Shown here: positions 40,126 through 49,598 of the stretch, one piece after another
Numbering within the stretch: position 1 is the stretch's first letter
How the letters are laid out: each line of letters opens with the position of its first letter
Assembly: GCA_041651155.1 (NCBI GenBank)
Contig: JBAZJU010000007.1
Coordinates: 15,693-79,692, forward strand
DNA from: Patescibacteria group bacterium
Lineage (GTDB): Bacteria > Patescibacteriota > Patescibacteriia > CAIXNZ01
DNA length: 64,000 bases
Direction: 5' to 3'
Translations under genes and position numbers: made by a program
Notes under the pieces: model-generated
Told to the model about the DNA's origin: nothing
The model's input: the letters and a program-made list of their open reading frames with translations, nothing else
Database searches by the model: none

Positions 40126-40836
40126 GTGAAAAGAAAAGTCGCAAGTCCAAAGTACATGCACGTAAATGTAGGCGATAAAATCCGAGTCCTTTTCCGGCAC
40201 AGCGGCAAAAGTTTTGATGGTATCGTCATCAAGGTGGAACCGAGATTAGGGTTTATTAACGGCGGCTCCACAAAACAATCCCCGTTGGTTTGCGCGAAAA
40301 ATCTTGCCACAGGAGAAATTGAATCCTTTGACAACAGCTTTGTTCAGTCAATAACAGAAAGGCATCAATGTCCAGCCCAACCGCCCTTTAACATTTACAG
40401 GAAATATTTTCTCATCTGCCAGGAAATTTTAACCGACAAAAAAAATATTGTTTCCGGGCCGCTTGCTGTTTTGTCAGGATTTTATCTGGCTCGCCTGAAC
40501 ATATTTCTGCCGCATCCCATTGATCTGGGAAAACTATCGGCCGAATACGGCAAACAAAAACCTGGTTTGATTCAAACCGATGGCTGGACATACCGGGTTA
40601 AGGTAAAACCCTTCAAAAAATGGCTCAAAAAAAACGCCTACAAAATTACTCAGACTTCGGCTCAGATAAGAGCAGAACTGACCCTCCACGAAATGGAATG
40701 GGAGACAGACGCAGAAGAATGGCTTCATGCTGATGAGGAAGATGAAATTAAGGGAAGCCTTCTCAGAGACATAGAACAGGATCTGGCCACAGAGCTTTTA
40801 AAACGCACTCCAAAAAATGAATGCGGCCAATGCTAA
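40126..40836 (+). CDS. Hypothetical protein (GTG start)
   Basis: Strong RBS AAGGAGG 7 nt upstream of GTG; 236 aa; C-terminal acidic region and a terminal CGQC. Confidence 0.4.
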   Translation: MKRKVASPKYMHVNVGDKIRVLFRHSGKSFDGIVIKVEPRLGFINGGSTKQSPLVCAKNLATGEIESFDNSFVQSITERHQCPAQPPFNIYRKYFLICQEILTDKKNIVSGPLAVLSGFYLARLNIFLPHPIDLGKLSAEYGKQKPGLIQTDGWTYRVKVKPFKKWLKKNAYKITQTSAQIRAELTLHEMEWETDAEEWLHADEEDEIKGSLLRDIEQDLATELLKRTPKNECGQC

Positions 40837-40888
40837 AAATAAAAGGACTCGCTTTAAAGCGGGTCCTTATTTTAATTCTCTTAAAATT

Positions 40889-41413
40889 TTATTTTAGATT
40901 ATCCCACTGAGTCCAGTCATTGACCCAGACAACATTTTTTATATTTGTTAAATATAAAAGATTTACTTCCACAAACGGTTTCCAATAGCACAGAAAAATT
41001 GAGACGCCAGCCCAGGCATCTATTGGCTGGACATAAGCTGTCTCGCCAATAACTTTAATGTAATTTGAGGTATCTGTGGTGCTTTGAGGGAAAGTGATGT
41101 TGGCTTCTTGGGCAGCAAGTTCTAATGTTTTATTTACCAACTGGTCTTGGATCAAATTTGTCTGAGTAATTGTTTTGGTTACTGCTTTAGTAATCGTTTT
41201 TCTAAAACCAGCGCTATCCATATCTGCTCCATTACAGTATTTTAATGGATCTTCAGCCGGTACCAAAAAGCTGACAATTGTTTCTTGAGGCTGGTTTGAA
41301 TTTGAGATTTGATTTGTATTGGGCTGGCTATTGGTAATTGGCTGAGACAAATTACAGCCCGAGACCAAAATTAAAGTTAAAACTATAAAACAGAATAAGC
41401 TAAATTTTTTCAT
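40889..41413 (-). CDS. Lipoprotein, hypothetical
   Basis: Signal peptide with lipobox LVSGC; 174 aa. Confidence 0.5.
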   Translation of the reverse strand: MKKFSLFCFIVLTLILVSGCNLSQPITNSQPNTNQISNSNQPQETIVSFLVPAEDPLKYCNGADMDSAGFRKTITKAVTKTITQTNLIQDQLVNKTLELAAQEANITFPQSTTDTSNYIKVIGETAYVQPIDAWAGVSIFLCYWKPFVEVNLLYLTNIKNVVWVNDWTQWDNLK

Positions 41414-41507
41414 AAAAAATTATTAATTAATTAGGCTATTTAAATTATACCAATTTTTTCAAACAAAAAACACCCTTAATAAAAAGAAGTGTTTTTGCCG
41501 CTGAGTA

Positions 41508-41708
41508 TTAAGCGAGCTTTACATTGATAGCGCGAGGGCCACGATCTGAATCTTCGGTGTCAAAGGAAACTGCGTCACCTTCTTTCAAATCATTGTAGCT
41601 TACGCCTTGCAAAGCTGAGGAATGAAAGAAAAGGTCTTTTTCTGGGTTATCATCAGAAGTGATGAAACCAAAACCTTTGTCTGTCAATCTTTTGATTTTG
41701 CCTGTCAT
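41508..41708 (-). CDS. cspA: Cold-shock protein (CspA family)
   Basis: MTGKIKRLTDKGFGFITSDD...FFHSSAL carries the RNP1 and RNP2 motifs; the start was trimmed to the conserved Met. Confidence 0.85.
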   Translation of the reverse strand: MTGKIKRLTDKGFGFITSDDNPEKDLFFHSSALQGVSYNDLKEGDAVSFDTEDSDRGPRAINVKLA

Positions 41709-41886
41709 AATAGGATAAAAAAAATGAATTAACTGCAAAACTTAGCCTTTTGCAGAAATTCGACTCATTTCTACTTAGAAAGGTAAATTTTATATTATAA
41801 TGATAGCAAAAAGGCTGAAAAAAGTCAATACCCCTATAAAAGATTGCTATAAAAAAGTCATGCCCTGCGTAGCTTTTTTAGATCAT

Positions 41887-42348
41887 TTATTGAGCTGGGT
41901 TAGCAAGTTGAGCAGGCTGTCCTGGTTGGCCGGAGTCAGTAGGCACTGACGGCCTGATCTGAATTGTCTGCGCTGTTATGCTGCCATCTGCATTGGCCGT
42001 GCCGCTAACCATCAAATTTTCACCAGTGGTTAAATCAGCAACTGCTCCGCTAACTGACTTTGTAATTTGAGTCGTATCAGACAAGAAAATAATTTTAGAG
42101 CCGCCATTATTTAACTTCAACGTTATACTTTTGTCATCTTGAGACAGAAGCTGACCGCTGACTGCACCGCCATTGGCTGCTAAACGAGTACTGCCCTGAG
42201 CGCCAGCAGCATTAAATCCTTGAAATCGCCCGGAATTGGCCATGCTGCCCTTCTGACTTTTTGCATAAACCATGCCGCCATAAAAAGCACCGGCGCCAAC
42301 TACAAGCACAATGATAATAGAAATAATAAGTGTTTGATTTTTTTTCAT
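41887..42348 (-). CDS. Small secreted/anchored protein, paralog of 46329-46871
   Basis: N-terminal TM; shared pattern [21 protein letters not shown]...GENLMVSG...[12 protein letters not shown], compared with VTIKSGQN...LKVDDNIVVIG...GQITAKLIRILP in 46329-46871; P/Q-rich tail. Confidence 0.4.
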   Translation of the reverse strand: MKKNQTLIISIIIVLVVGAGAFYGGMVYAKSQKGSMANSGRFQGFNAAGAQGSTRLAANGGAVSGQLLSQDDKSITLKLNNGGSKIIFLSDTTQITKSVSGAVADLTTGENLMVSGTANADGSITAQTIQIRPSVPTDSGQPGQPAQLANPAQ

Positions 42349-42478
42349 AATTTAATTTATTAATAATTAGTAGAAAGTAAAAAGTTTGTAAAGTTTATAA
42401 AGCATGGGTAATTTTAGATTAAACTTTACAACTTTCTACTTTATAACCTGCCTGCCGGCAGGCAAGCTTGAAACTGAT

Positions 42479-43711
42479 TTATTCATAACGCAAAGCTTCT
42501 ATCGGATTTAATTTAGAAGCCCTAACTGCTGGATAATAGCCAAAAACAATACCGATCCCTGCAGATACTCCGAAAGCTAAAACAATTGAATACAATTTCA
42601 CATCAGTTGTCGTCCAGCCAAAATAATTCACCCCAAACGCCACCAACCAACCAACGATTATCCCAAGCAGGCCGCCAATAAAAGTTAAAGCTACTGCTTC
42701 AATCAAAAACTCTATGCTAATATCTCTTCTTTTTGCTCCAATGGCCTTGCGCAAACCAATTTCCTTAGTTCTCTCAGTTACTGTGGTAAGCATCATATTC
42801 ATAATGCCAATTCCGCCCACAACAAGAGAGATGCCAGCTACGACTCCCAGCAATATAGTTAGAGTTTTTGCAATGCTTGTGGCTGTAGAAGTAATATCTG
42901 ATTGAGTCATTATATTAAAATCTGCATTCGCTGAATCACTTATTTTATGTAAATCCAGCAAAAGGGTGTTTATATCTTCCTGTACTATTGAAATTGAATT
43001 AGTGTCAATCGCAGAAACATTTATTGATGATAAATATTCATCGCCCGAAAGATATTTCTGCGCAGTGCTTAAAGGAATATAAATCCTATCGTCTTGACTG
43101 CCAAAACCAGAACCGCCCTTTGCGACTGTTATTCCAATCACCCTATATTCCATTTTATTTATTTTAATGGATTGTCCAATAACAGCAGATTCTTCTGCAT
43201 CTTCGCCAAAAATATCATCCCTGGTTGTGGGTCCCAAAACAGCAACTTTTGCAGTTGATTTTTCATTTTGGTCAGAAATAAAATCTCCGCTTTCCATTGT
43301 AATGCTTTTTACTATGGTATACGCGGATGTTGTTCCAATAATCTCTGTGTTTGTATTGTTCCCTTTTGCCGTTACCTGATAGCGACCATCAACTTCTGGG
43401 GCCACGGCCTCAATATTATTAATCTGGGCTAAAATTGCTTCTGAATCTGACAATTTTAAAGACTTGGCTGAACCGCGTTCTGTTCTGACCACCGTGCCAA
43501 AACCCCTTTGTGCACCATTTGATACTGTAATCAAATTAGAACCAATTGATTCAATACTTGATTCAATTGAACTTTGTGTACCTTGGCCGATAGAGAGCAT
43601 TACGATAACAGAGCTGATACCGATCACGATACCAAGCACAGTTAAGCCAGTTCTAGCCTTGTTTGCTGATATAGATATTCTTGTTTCTTCTAATATATCA
43701 ATAACTTTCAT
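42479..43711 (-). CDS. ABC transporter permease (MacB/FtsX family)
   Basis: N-terminal TM, a large periplasmic domain, and three C-terminal TM helices with FtsX-like architecture; 410 aa. Confidence 0.8.
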   Translation of the reverse strand: MKVIDILEETRISISANKARTGLTVLGIVIGISSVIVMLSIGQGTQSSIESSIESIGSNLITVSNGAQRGFGTVVRTERGSAKSLKLSDSEAILAQINNIEAVAPEVDGRYQVTAKGNNTNTEIIGTTSAYTIVKSITMESGDFISDQNEKSTAKVAVLGPTTRDDIFGEDAEESAVIGQSIKINKMEYRVIGITVAKGGSGFGSQDDRIYIPLSTAQKYLSGDEYLSSINVSAIDTNSISIVQEDINTLLLDLHKISDSANADFNIMTQSDITSTATSIAKTLTILLGVVAGISLVVGGIGIMNMMLTTVTERTKEIGLRKAIGAKRRDISIEFLIEAVALTFIGGLLGIIVGWLVAFGVNYFGWTTTDVKLYSIVLAFGVSAGIGIVFGYYPAVRASKLNPIEALRYE

Positions 43712-43719
43712 AGAATTAT

Positions 43720-44412
43720 TTATTTTTTCTTAATATTTTTTGAATCAGAAACTACTGCGCCATCTTTAATGAAAATTATTCTATCTGCGTGTTGAGCAAC
43801 ATCAGGTTCATGGGTAATTAAAATAATCGTCCTGCCTTCTTCTCTATTCAATCTTTCAAATGTGCTTAAAACAATTTCACCTGTTTTCGTGTCAAGATTG
43901 CCGGTTGGCTCGTCCGCCAAAATTAGCGTGGGATTATTAACCAAGGCGCGGGCAATGGCCACGCGCTGTATTTGTCCGCCAGATAATTGATTAGAAAGAT
44001 GGTCAAAGAATTCCTCATCAAGACCCGCTAATTTCAAGGCTTTTCTTGCGCGTACTTCGCGCTCTTCTTTATTTATACCCTCATAAACCAAAGGCAATAC
44101 GACATTCCTTAACACTGTCGCCCTGGGCAATAAATTAAAAGACTGAAAAATAAAGCCTATTTTTTCCTTGCGTATATCGGCAAGTTGATCTTCACTTAAA
44201 GTTGAAACGTCTTTATTATCCAAAAAATATTTTCCGCTTGTCGGCGTGTCAAGAGCTCCTATAATATGCATCAACGTAGACTTACCAGATCCTGATGGAC
44301 CCATTATGGCTACAAATTCTCCATCATTTATCTTAAAACTCACACCTTTTAACGCTTGGAATTCAATAGTGCCTGTTTTATATATTTTGGTTATATTCTT
44401 TATTTCAATCAT
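43720..44412 (-). CDS. ABC transporter ATP-binding protein (MacB/LolD-like)
   Basis: Walker A GPSGSGKST, signature LSGGQIQRVAIARAL, Walker B ILADEPTGNLD. Confidence 0.9.
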   Translation of the reverse strand: MIEIKNITKIYKTGTIEFQALKGVSFKINDGEFVAIMGPSGSGKSTLMHIIGALDTPTSGKYFLDNKDVSTLSEDQLADIRKEKIGFIFQSFNLLPRATVLRNVVLPLVYEGINKEEREVRARKALKLAGLDEEFFDHLSNQLSGGQIQRVAIARALVNNPTLILADEPTGNLDTKTGEIVLSTFERLNREEGRTIILITHEPDVAQHADRIIFIKDGAVVSDSKNIKKK

Positions 44413-44424
44413 AGCATTTACAAA

Positions 44425-46236
44425 TTATTGCGGCGGCATTCCTCCGGGTCCGCCACCTGTTCCGCCCAAGATACTAGAACTACTAGATGATTTATTTGTA
44501 TTTGTTTTTGTTGTAGCGCTGGAAGATGAAACAGCAGATGATTTAATTGTCTTTACAACTATTAAATCTCCTTCTTTTAAGCCAGAAATTATTTCTGTAT
44601 ATGTATCGTCAGATAAGCCAGATTCCACTTGGGTTTGCGTGGGCGCATCAGCCGAAACAATTCCTGCGCTGCTAGTATCGGTATATTTATCGCCTAGCTG
44701 CAAAACGTAACTGACTCCGTTGCTTGTTTTTATCGCCGAACTTGGAACTTCCAAAACATCCTGGCTTGTCTCTGTAATAATTGACGCTGAAACGCTCATG
44801 CCTGATTTTACCCTGTCGTCTTGAGTGTCAAAAATAATTTTAACATTATAAGTAACCACGCCTGAACTCACTGTGCCGATAATATCCACCTGGGCAACTT
44901 CGCCGGTAATGCTCAGCCCGTCAATCGCATCAAAAGTCAAAGTAGCCTTTTGACCGACTTTAATTTTGGTTACATCAACTTCATTTAAGGAAATCTCCGC
45001 TGTTTTTTGCTTGGTTATTAAAGTAGCAATTGTGCCTCCGCTGGAAATTGAATCGCCTTTTTGGACAGAGACAGCGGCAATAACCCCGGCAAAAGGTGCG
45101 CGCACAGTATAATCCGCCAATTTTTCGTTCGCATCTGCAAGAGCATTTTGCTTTTGCTGCACTGCATATTCTTGAGCTTTAAGATCCAAGGGATCTGTCC
45201 CTGCGTTTAATTCTGCCAAAGATTGGGTTTTTTCCGTAATAGTGCGTTCGGAATTAACAATTGAAGTTTTGTCAGCCTGAATTGTATTTATAATTGATAA
45301 TAAATTCTGCAAATGAGTATTTACCTGGCCAGTATAAGTATTTAAAGTTGCTAATTGTGTATTGGCAGCGCTAGCTGGGTTTTGATTATGTCTGGCCAGA
45401 GCATCTTCATAAAATTGGATGAAATTATTTGTATTTTTAATGGCTTCAGCAAAAATTTTGCTGGTATTATAAGTTTCATCAAGCAGGGTTTCAATTGTGC
45501 TAATGTCAGAAAATCTATTGGCAGTTTTATAATCACTAAAATTTTTATCAAATTCTGAGCGGGCAGTCTTGGCAGAGTTTAAGGCAAGCTCTTTATATTC
45601 AAAAATTTTAGCTTCATCAAAGGGCACGGCATTGGCATAATAATCTATGTTCCATTGTGTGCTGCCGCCTAATTCACTGCCAAAAAGAACATCTTCCAGC
45701 CCGGTAATTATATCGGGCAACTGCAGAAAAACATTAGAGACTGTATTAAAGCCGTCATCATAAGCTTTTTGCAAATCATCTTCAGCCTGCTGTTTTGCTT
45801 CTTTAGCCTGAGCCAAAGCATTTTCTGCTTGAGTTACAGATAATTGGTCAGCGGCTTTTTGCAGTTTCTCTAAAGATAATTTGGCGCTATCCAAATTTGC
45901 TTTGGCATCCCTGACTGTTTTAAGAGCTTCCTTAGCATTTATCTGAGCTAAAATAGCGCCGTTCTTGACTTCTTGCCCTGCTACAATCGCAACATTATAG
46001 AGGTCTCCGGAGGCTTTGGCTTTGACATCAACCTGATTAGTCGCGGAAATCTGGCCAGTGCCAGAAACAGAAGTTATTATTGTCCCTTTTTCAACAGCAG
46101 CTAAGACATAACGCGTTGCCGCAGGAGCAGAAGTTAAAGATTTAACAATAAAATAACCTCCGACAGCCAGCATAATAATTATTAAGCCGATAATTATTTT
46201 ATGCTTAATTAAATAATTTAAAATTTTCTGAAACAT
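44425..46236 (-). CDS. Periplasmic adaptor / membrane fusion protein (HlyD/MacA-like) with long coiled coil and Ser/Gly-rich tail
   Basis: N-terminal TM anchor, biotinyl/lipoyl-like half-motifs, about 250 aa of Ala/Gln-rich coiled coil, a beta-barrel region, and a C-terminal SSSSSSILGGTGGGPGG tail. Confidence 0.7.
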   Translation of the reverse strand: MFQKILNYLIKHKIIIGLIIIMLAVGGYFIVKSLTSAPAATRYVLAAVEKGTIITSVSGTGQISATNQVDVKAKASGDLYNVAIVAGQEVKNGAILAQINAKEALKTVRDAKANLDSAKLSLEKLQKAADQLSVTQAENALAQAKEAKQQAEDDLQKAYDDGFNTVSNVFLQLPDIITGLEDVLFGSELGGSTQWNIDYYANAVPFDEAKIFEYKELALNSAKTARSEFDKNFSDYKTANRFSDISTIETLLDETYNTSKIFAEAIKNTNNFIQFYEDALARHNQNPASAANTQLATLNTYTGQVNTHLQNLLSIINTIQADKTSIVNSERTITEKTQSLAELNAGTDPLDLKAQEYAVQQKQNALADANEKLADYTVRAPFAGVIAAVSVQKGDSISSGGTIATLITKQKTAEISLNEVDVTKIKVGQKATLTFDAIDGLSITGEVAQVDIIGTVSSGVVTYNVKIIFDTQDDRVKSGMSVSASIITETSQDVLEVPSSAIKTSNGVSYVLQLGDKYTDTSSAGIVSADAPTQTQVESGLSDDTYTEIISGLKEGDLIVVKTIKSSAVSSSSATTKTNTNKSSSSSSILGGTGGGPGGMPPQ

Positions 46237-46328
46237 ACGAAAAAATTAAAAATTAAAAATGCTCGTCTCGGCTTTATATTAATCTATCGAGTTTTTATTT
46301 CTTTAATCCGAGCCGAAGCCGGAAAAAT

Positions 46329-46871
46329 TTAAAAATTCGGAGCAGGTTGGGGCAAGGTTCCTGTCTGAGCCGGTTGATTTAGCCCAGGTTGAGGTAAAAA
46401 GCCAGGTTGATTTTGACCAGTTGGCGGAGGAGGAAGAATTCTAATGAGCTTGGCAGTTATCTGACCAGCTTGATTGGGCTCGCCTATAACTACAATATTG
46501 TCATCAACCTTTAAATCTGCAAATTCTATTGTTCCCTTTATGCTGTTAATAACGGTACTTTCGTTAAGAGCAACTGCTTTCTCAGTATTTTGACCGCTTT
46601 TAATAGTCACTAAATTGCCTTCAATTTTTATAATCTGGCCAAAGGTGCCATTCGCATCCATAAAATCACGGTCGCCAAAACCACCCATAAATCCACCTTT
46701 AGGCCCGCCAAAATTGCGGTGATAATTATCACTCCAACGGCAGGAAAAATCGGCTTTTTTTATGCCTATCATCATACCTGCTTTAAAAATTAACAACACA
46801 ATGATCAGGGCTGCTATGCCCACGATGATTATCTGGAATGCTTTAGATTGAAAAATTTTATTAATGTCCAT
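46329..46871 (-). CDS. Small secreted/anchored protein, paralog of 41887-42348
   Basis: See 41887-42348. N-terminal TM and a P/Q-rich C-terminus. Confidence 0.4.
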   Translation of the reverse strand: MDINKIFQSKAFQIIIVGIAALIIVLLIFKAGMMIGIKKADFSCRWSDNYHRNFGGPKGGFMGGFGDRDFMDANGTFGQIIKIEGNLVTIKSGQNTEKAVALNESTVINSIKGTIEFADLKVDDNIVVIGEPNQAGQITAKLIRILPPPPTGQNQPGFLPQPGLNQPAQTGTLPQPAPNF

Positions 46872-46882
46872 AAATTTGAAAA

Positions 46883-47302
46883 TTAATTATGTATTAATTG
46901 TTTAGAAAGATCTATGTTTTTTAAATTTTTTACCAACAATTTAAGCAATTCTAATATGGCTAAAATAGTCGCTAAAAGTAAAATTAAATTCACAACTGGC
47001 AATGTTTCTAGGAGTGAAAGTGCATAATTTTGCCAATAGGTCAGGACAATTCCTGCGTCTGAAAAAAGCAATGAAAAATACTGTGCAAAGCCAGACTCTA
47101 CAAAACCTGAAATGACTGCCTTGAGGGCGGGTATAAAAAGTATTAAGGCTCCAAATAAACTAGCAGCCAATATAAATATGCGACGTTTTAACATTTGCAG
47201 TTTTTTTTCTTGTCCAATCCGCTCCATAATTTTTCCAAATAAATCATTGGGCGGTTCTGGCGCATTATAATAGGTAAATAGTTTTTCCAAATCTTTAGTC
47301 AT
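46883..47302 (-). CDS. Membrane protein, putative anti-sigma factor
   Basis: 139 aa, cytoplasmic N-terminus then 2-3 TM helices, immediately downstream of the ECF sigma factor gene. No zinc-binding anti-sigma motif is present, so the call rests on position only. Confidence 0.35.
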   Translation of the reverse strand: MTKDLEKLFTYYNAPEPPNDLFGKIMERIGQEKKLQMLKRRIFILAASLFGALILFIPALKAVISGFVESGFAQYFSLLFSDAGIVLTYWQNYALSLLETLPVVNLILLLATILAILELLKLLVKNLKNIDLSKQLIHN

Positions 47303-47385
47303 AATTTTATTTAATCATTATTAATTAATACGAAAAAAGAATGCTTATTGGTGCATTCTTAAAATTCCGGATATTTTTCTTTTAC

Positions 47386-47949
47386 TTATTGACAAAGCAA
47401 TTCTTTCAATGCAATTAATGCCCGACGATGGCGACTTTTAACAGTATCCAGGGGTTCATTAAGTGTTTCGGCAATCTCTCGGAAAGTAAATTGATTATTA
47501 TAACGTAAATGTATAACTTGGCGATATTTTTCTGAAAGCAAGTCAATTGCCGCACTTAGTTTTTCTGCCAAATTTTTTTGGTCAAAAATTTCCATGGGCA
47601 AGGGATTTTGGTCAACAATTGTATTTAGCAAAGGATTTTCGCCATCTTCTGTCTCAAAAGCTGAAAAAAATATGTTTTTTTTCTGGCGCAAAAAGTCAAT
47701 GGCAGTATTTTTAGCAATTTGAAAAAGCCAGGTTTTAAAACTTCTTTTTTGGTCAAATTTTTTTAAATTACGCCAGACTTTTACAAAAACTTCCTGGGTA
47801 ATATCTTCGGCTTCATTAAGCAAATTAGTATATCTATAAACAAAACCATAAATCGGCTTTAAATAGCGGGCAACTAAAATTTCCAAAGATTTTTCATCTT
47901 TATGTTTTAAATAATTATGGACTAATTGTTCATCAGAAAGATTATTCAT
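47386..47949 (-). CDS. ECF-type RNA polymerase sigma-70 factor
   Basis: Region 2 (DITQEVFVKVWRNLKKFD) and region 4 HTH (FREIAETLNEPLDTVKSRHRRAL). Confidence 0.8.
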   Translation of the reverse strand: MNNLSDEQLVHNYLKHKDEKSLEILVARYLKPIYGFVYRYTNLLNEAEDITQEVFVKVWRNLKKFDQKRSFKTWLFQIAKNTAIDFLRQKKNIFFSAFETEDGENPLLNTIVDQNPLPMEIFDQKNLAEKLSAAIDLLSEKYRQVIHLRYNNQFTFREIAETLNEPLDTVKSRHRRALIALKELLCQ

Positions 47950-47953
47950 AGTG

Positions 47954-48025
47954 GGTGGCTACTGGGAGTTGAACCCAGGCTAGCGGGACCACAACCCGCT
48001 GTTCTACCGTTAAACTATAGCCACC
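47954..48025 (-). tRNA. tRNA-His (GUG) with encoded G-1
   Basis: Reverse complement GGTGGCTATAGTTTAACGGTAGAACAGCGGGTTGTGGTCCCGCTAGCCTGGGTTCAACTCCCAGTAGCCACC-C folds as a cloverleaf. Anticodon loop is TTGTGGT; the extra 5' G pairs with discriminator C; CCA is not fully encoded. Confidence 0.85.
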
Positions 48026-48120
48026 AAAATAAATTTAAAATTAAAAATGCAAAATTTAAAATTTTGTAATCCTTAACAAAGGAACTTTGCACTTTGCAAT
48101 TTAAACTTTTAACTCACCTA

Positions 48121-48192
48121 TGACCCCGCTAGGAATCGAACCTAGATCTAAAGCTTAGAAGGCTTTCGTTCTATCCATTGAACTACGGGGCC
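48121..48192 (-). tRNA. tRNA-Arg (UCU)
   Basis: Reverse complement GGCCCCGTAGTTCAATGGATAGAACGAAAGCCTTCTAAGCTTTAGATCTAGGTTCGATTCCTAGCGGGGTCA. The 7-bp acceptor stem, anticodon loop CTTCTAA and T-loop TTCGATT are present; CCA is not encoded. Confidence 0.85.
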
Positions 48193-48269
48193 AGATAAAA
48201 GTCTGCGTATTCCCTTGTATTAAACAACAAACATATAAAAACCGTTAAATACGGTTAAAAGCGTATTTT

Positions 48270-48432
48270 ACATAAACTTTTATCTGGCCGGGGGCCGAAT
48301 TCTTATTTTTTCAATAAACTTTTATCCGTTCTAGGATGGAATACATAAACTTGCATCTGGGCGGGGACCTTATTTTTAGCAGTTTTAAAAAGTATATTGT
48401 ATTTGTACATAAATTTGCATCTGGGCGGGGCC
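48270..48432. repeat. Three to four degenerate direct repeats ACATAAAYTTKYATCTGGSCGGGGVCC between tRNA-Arg and the recombinase gene
   Basis: Copies at about 48270-48296, 48343-48370 and 48407-48432, plus a partial copy at 48314-48327. The first copy shares GGCCAGATAAAAGT with the 5' flank of tRNA-Arg in inverted orientation. Confidence 0.5.
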
Positions 48433-48530
48433 TTGGATAATGATCAATAACTAATGATCAATTTTCAATTTTGGAATATATTATAAAAAATAATAGTTGT
48501 ATTTTAGCAAAAAACTAGCGTGTTGTCAAT

Positions 48531-49469
48531 CTATTCGCCTCTTCTTTTTCTCCCATGAAAACTCTTATAAACTTCCCTTAATTGCTTATCAGTAATATGC
48601 GTATAAATTTGGGTAGTGGTGATTGAACTATGGCCGAGCATGGCTTGAACTGAACGAATATCAGCGCCGTTTTGCAGTAAATCAGTGGCAAAGGAATGGC
48701 GCAGAACATGCGGCGTGATTTTCTTAGTTATCCCGGCAATTTTTGCATATTTTTCCACAATTCTTTGCACACTGCGCGGAGTTAAACCCTTGTCATCTTT
48801 ATTTTTACTTCTTTTTAAACTGGCCTTGTCGTGATTAGTAAATAAAAATTGAGACATATCTTTTCTGGTATCCAGATATTTTTTAAGCCAGTGCTTAGCT
48901 TGATTGGAAAGAAAAACCACTCTTAGCTTTGAGCCTTTGCCTCTGACTGTAAATTCTTCTTTATTTAAATTAATTTCACTCTTTTTTAGATTGGCTAATT
49001 CTGACACGCGCAGGCCGGTTGAAAATAAAGTTTCTAAAATGGCTTTGTCGCGGAATTTTATTATTTCTGGTTGTTCAATTTTAAACGGCGCTTCCAGAAA
49101 ATTTTCCAAATCAGTGCCTTCCATGAATTCAATCTGACGGTCAGGCATTTTGGCCAATTCAATTTTCTCCGGAGCCAAAGTTTTAATATCGCGTTTGGCT
49201 AAATACTTTAAAAAAGTGCGTAAAGCAATTAAATGGTAGTTTTGCGTATTCTTTTTTAAGGGTTGGTTATTGAAATCTTTTAAACGGTTTAACCATAAAC
49301 GAAAATTGCGCACCAAATCCTGTTCAATCTGGCTTGGTTCCTTAATTTTCGCCCAACTAAAAAAACGCTTGAGATAAAACTGGTAATTCTCAACTGTTTT
49401 TTGCGAGCGTCCTTTTTCTATTTCTAAATACTCCAAGAACTCCCTTGTTAATTGCTCTAACTTAGTCAT
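48531..49469 (-). CDS. Tyrosine site-specific recombinase (XerC/XerD/integrase family)
   Basis: Catalytic R (GLRVSEL), the HxxR box (HVLRHSFAT) and the Tyr box (TTQIYTHI); N-terminal SAM-like core-binding domain. Confidence 0.8.
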   Translation of the reverse strand: MTKLEQLTREFLEYLEIEKGRSQKTVENYQFYLKRFFSWAKIKEPSQIEQDLVRNFRLWLNRLKDFNNQPLKKNTQNYHLIALRTFLKYLAKRDIKTLAPEKIELAKMPDRQIEFMEGTDLENFLEAPFKIEQPEIIKFRDKAILETLFSTGLRVSELANLKKSEINLNKEEFTVRGKGSKLRVVFLSNQAKHWLKKYLDTRKDMSQFLFTNHDKASLKRSKNKDDKGLTPRSVQRIVEKYAKIAGITKKITPHVLRHSFATDLLQNGADIRSVQAMLGHSSITTTQIYTHITDKQLREVYKSFHGRKRRGE

Positions 49470-49598
49470 GCATTCATTTTACGACACAATTAATCTTTTG
49501 ACAAATAAAATAACCCCTTAAGGGGATTAAGTGGGAAGGAGTATAAAACTTTAGTTTTATCTTACCATGATTAAGGCAAATCTAAAGATTTGCACTCC

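Noticed and set aside
47386-47949. Calling 46883-47302 a zinc-binding (ZAS) anti-sigma factor
   Set aside because: It lacks the HxxxCxxC motif. It is retained only as a putative membrane anti-sigma protein based on position.
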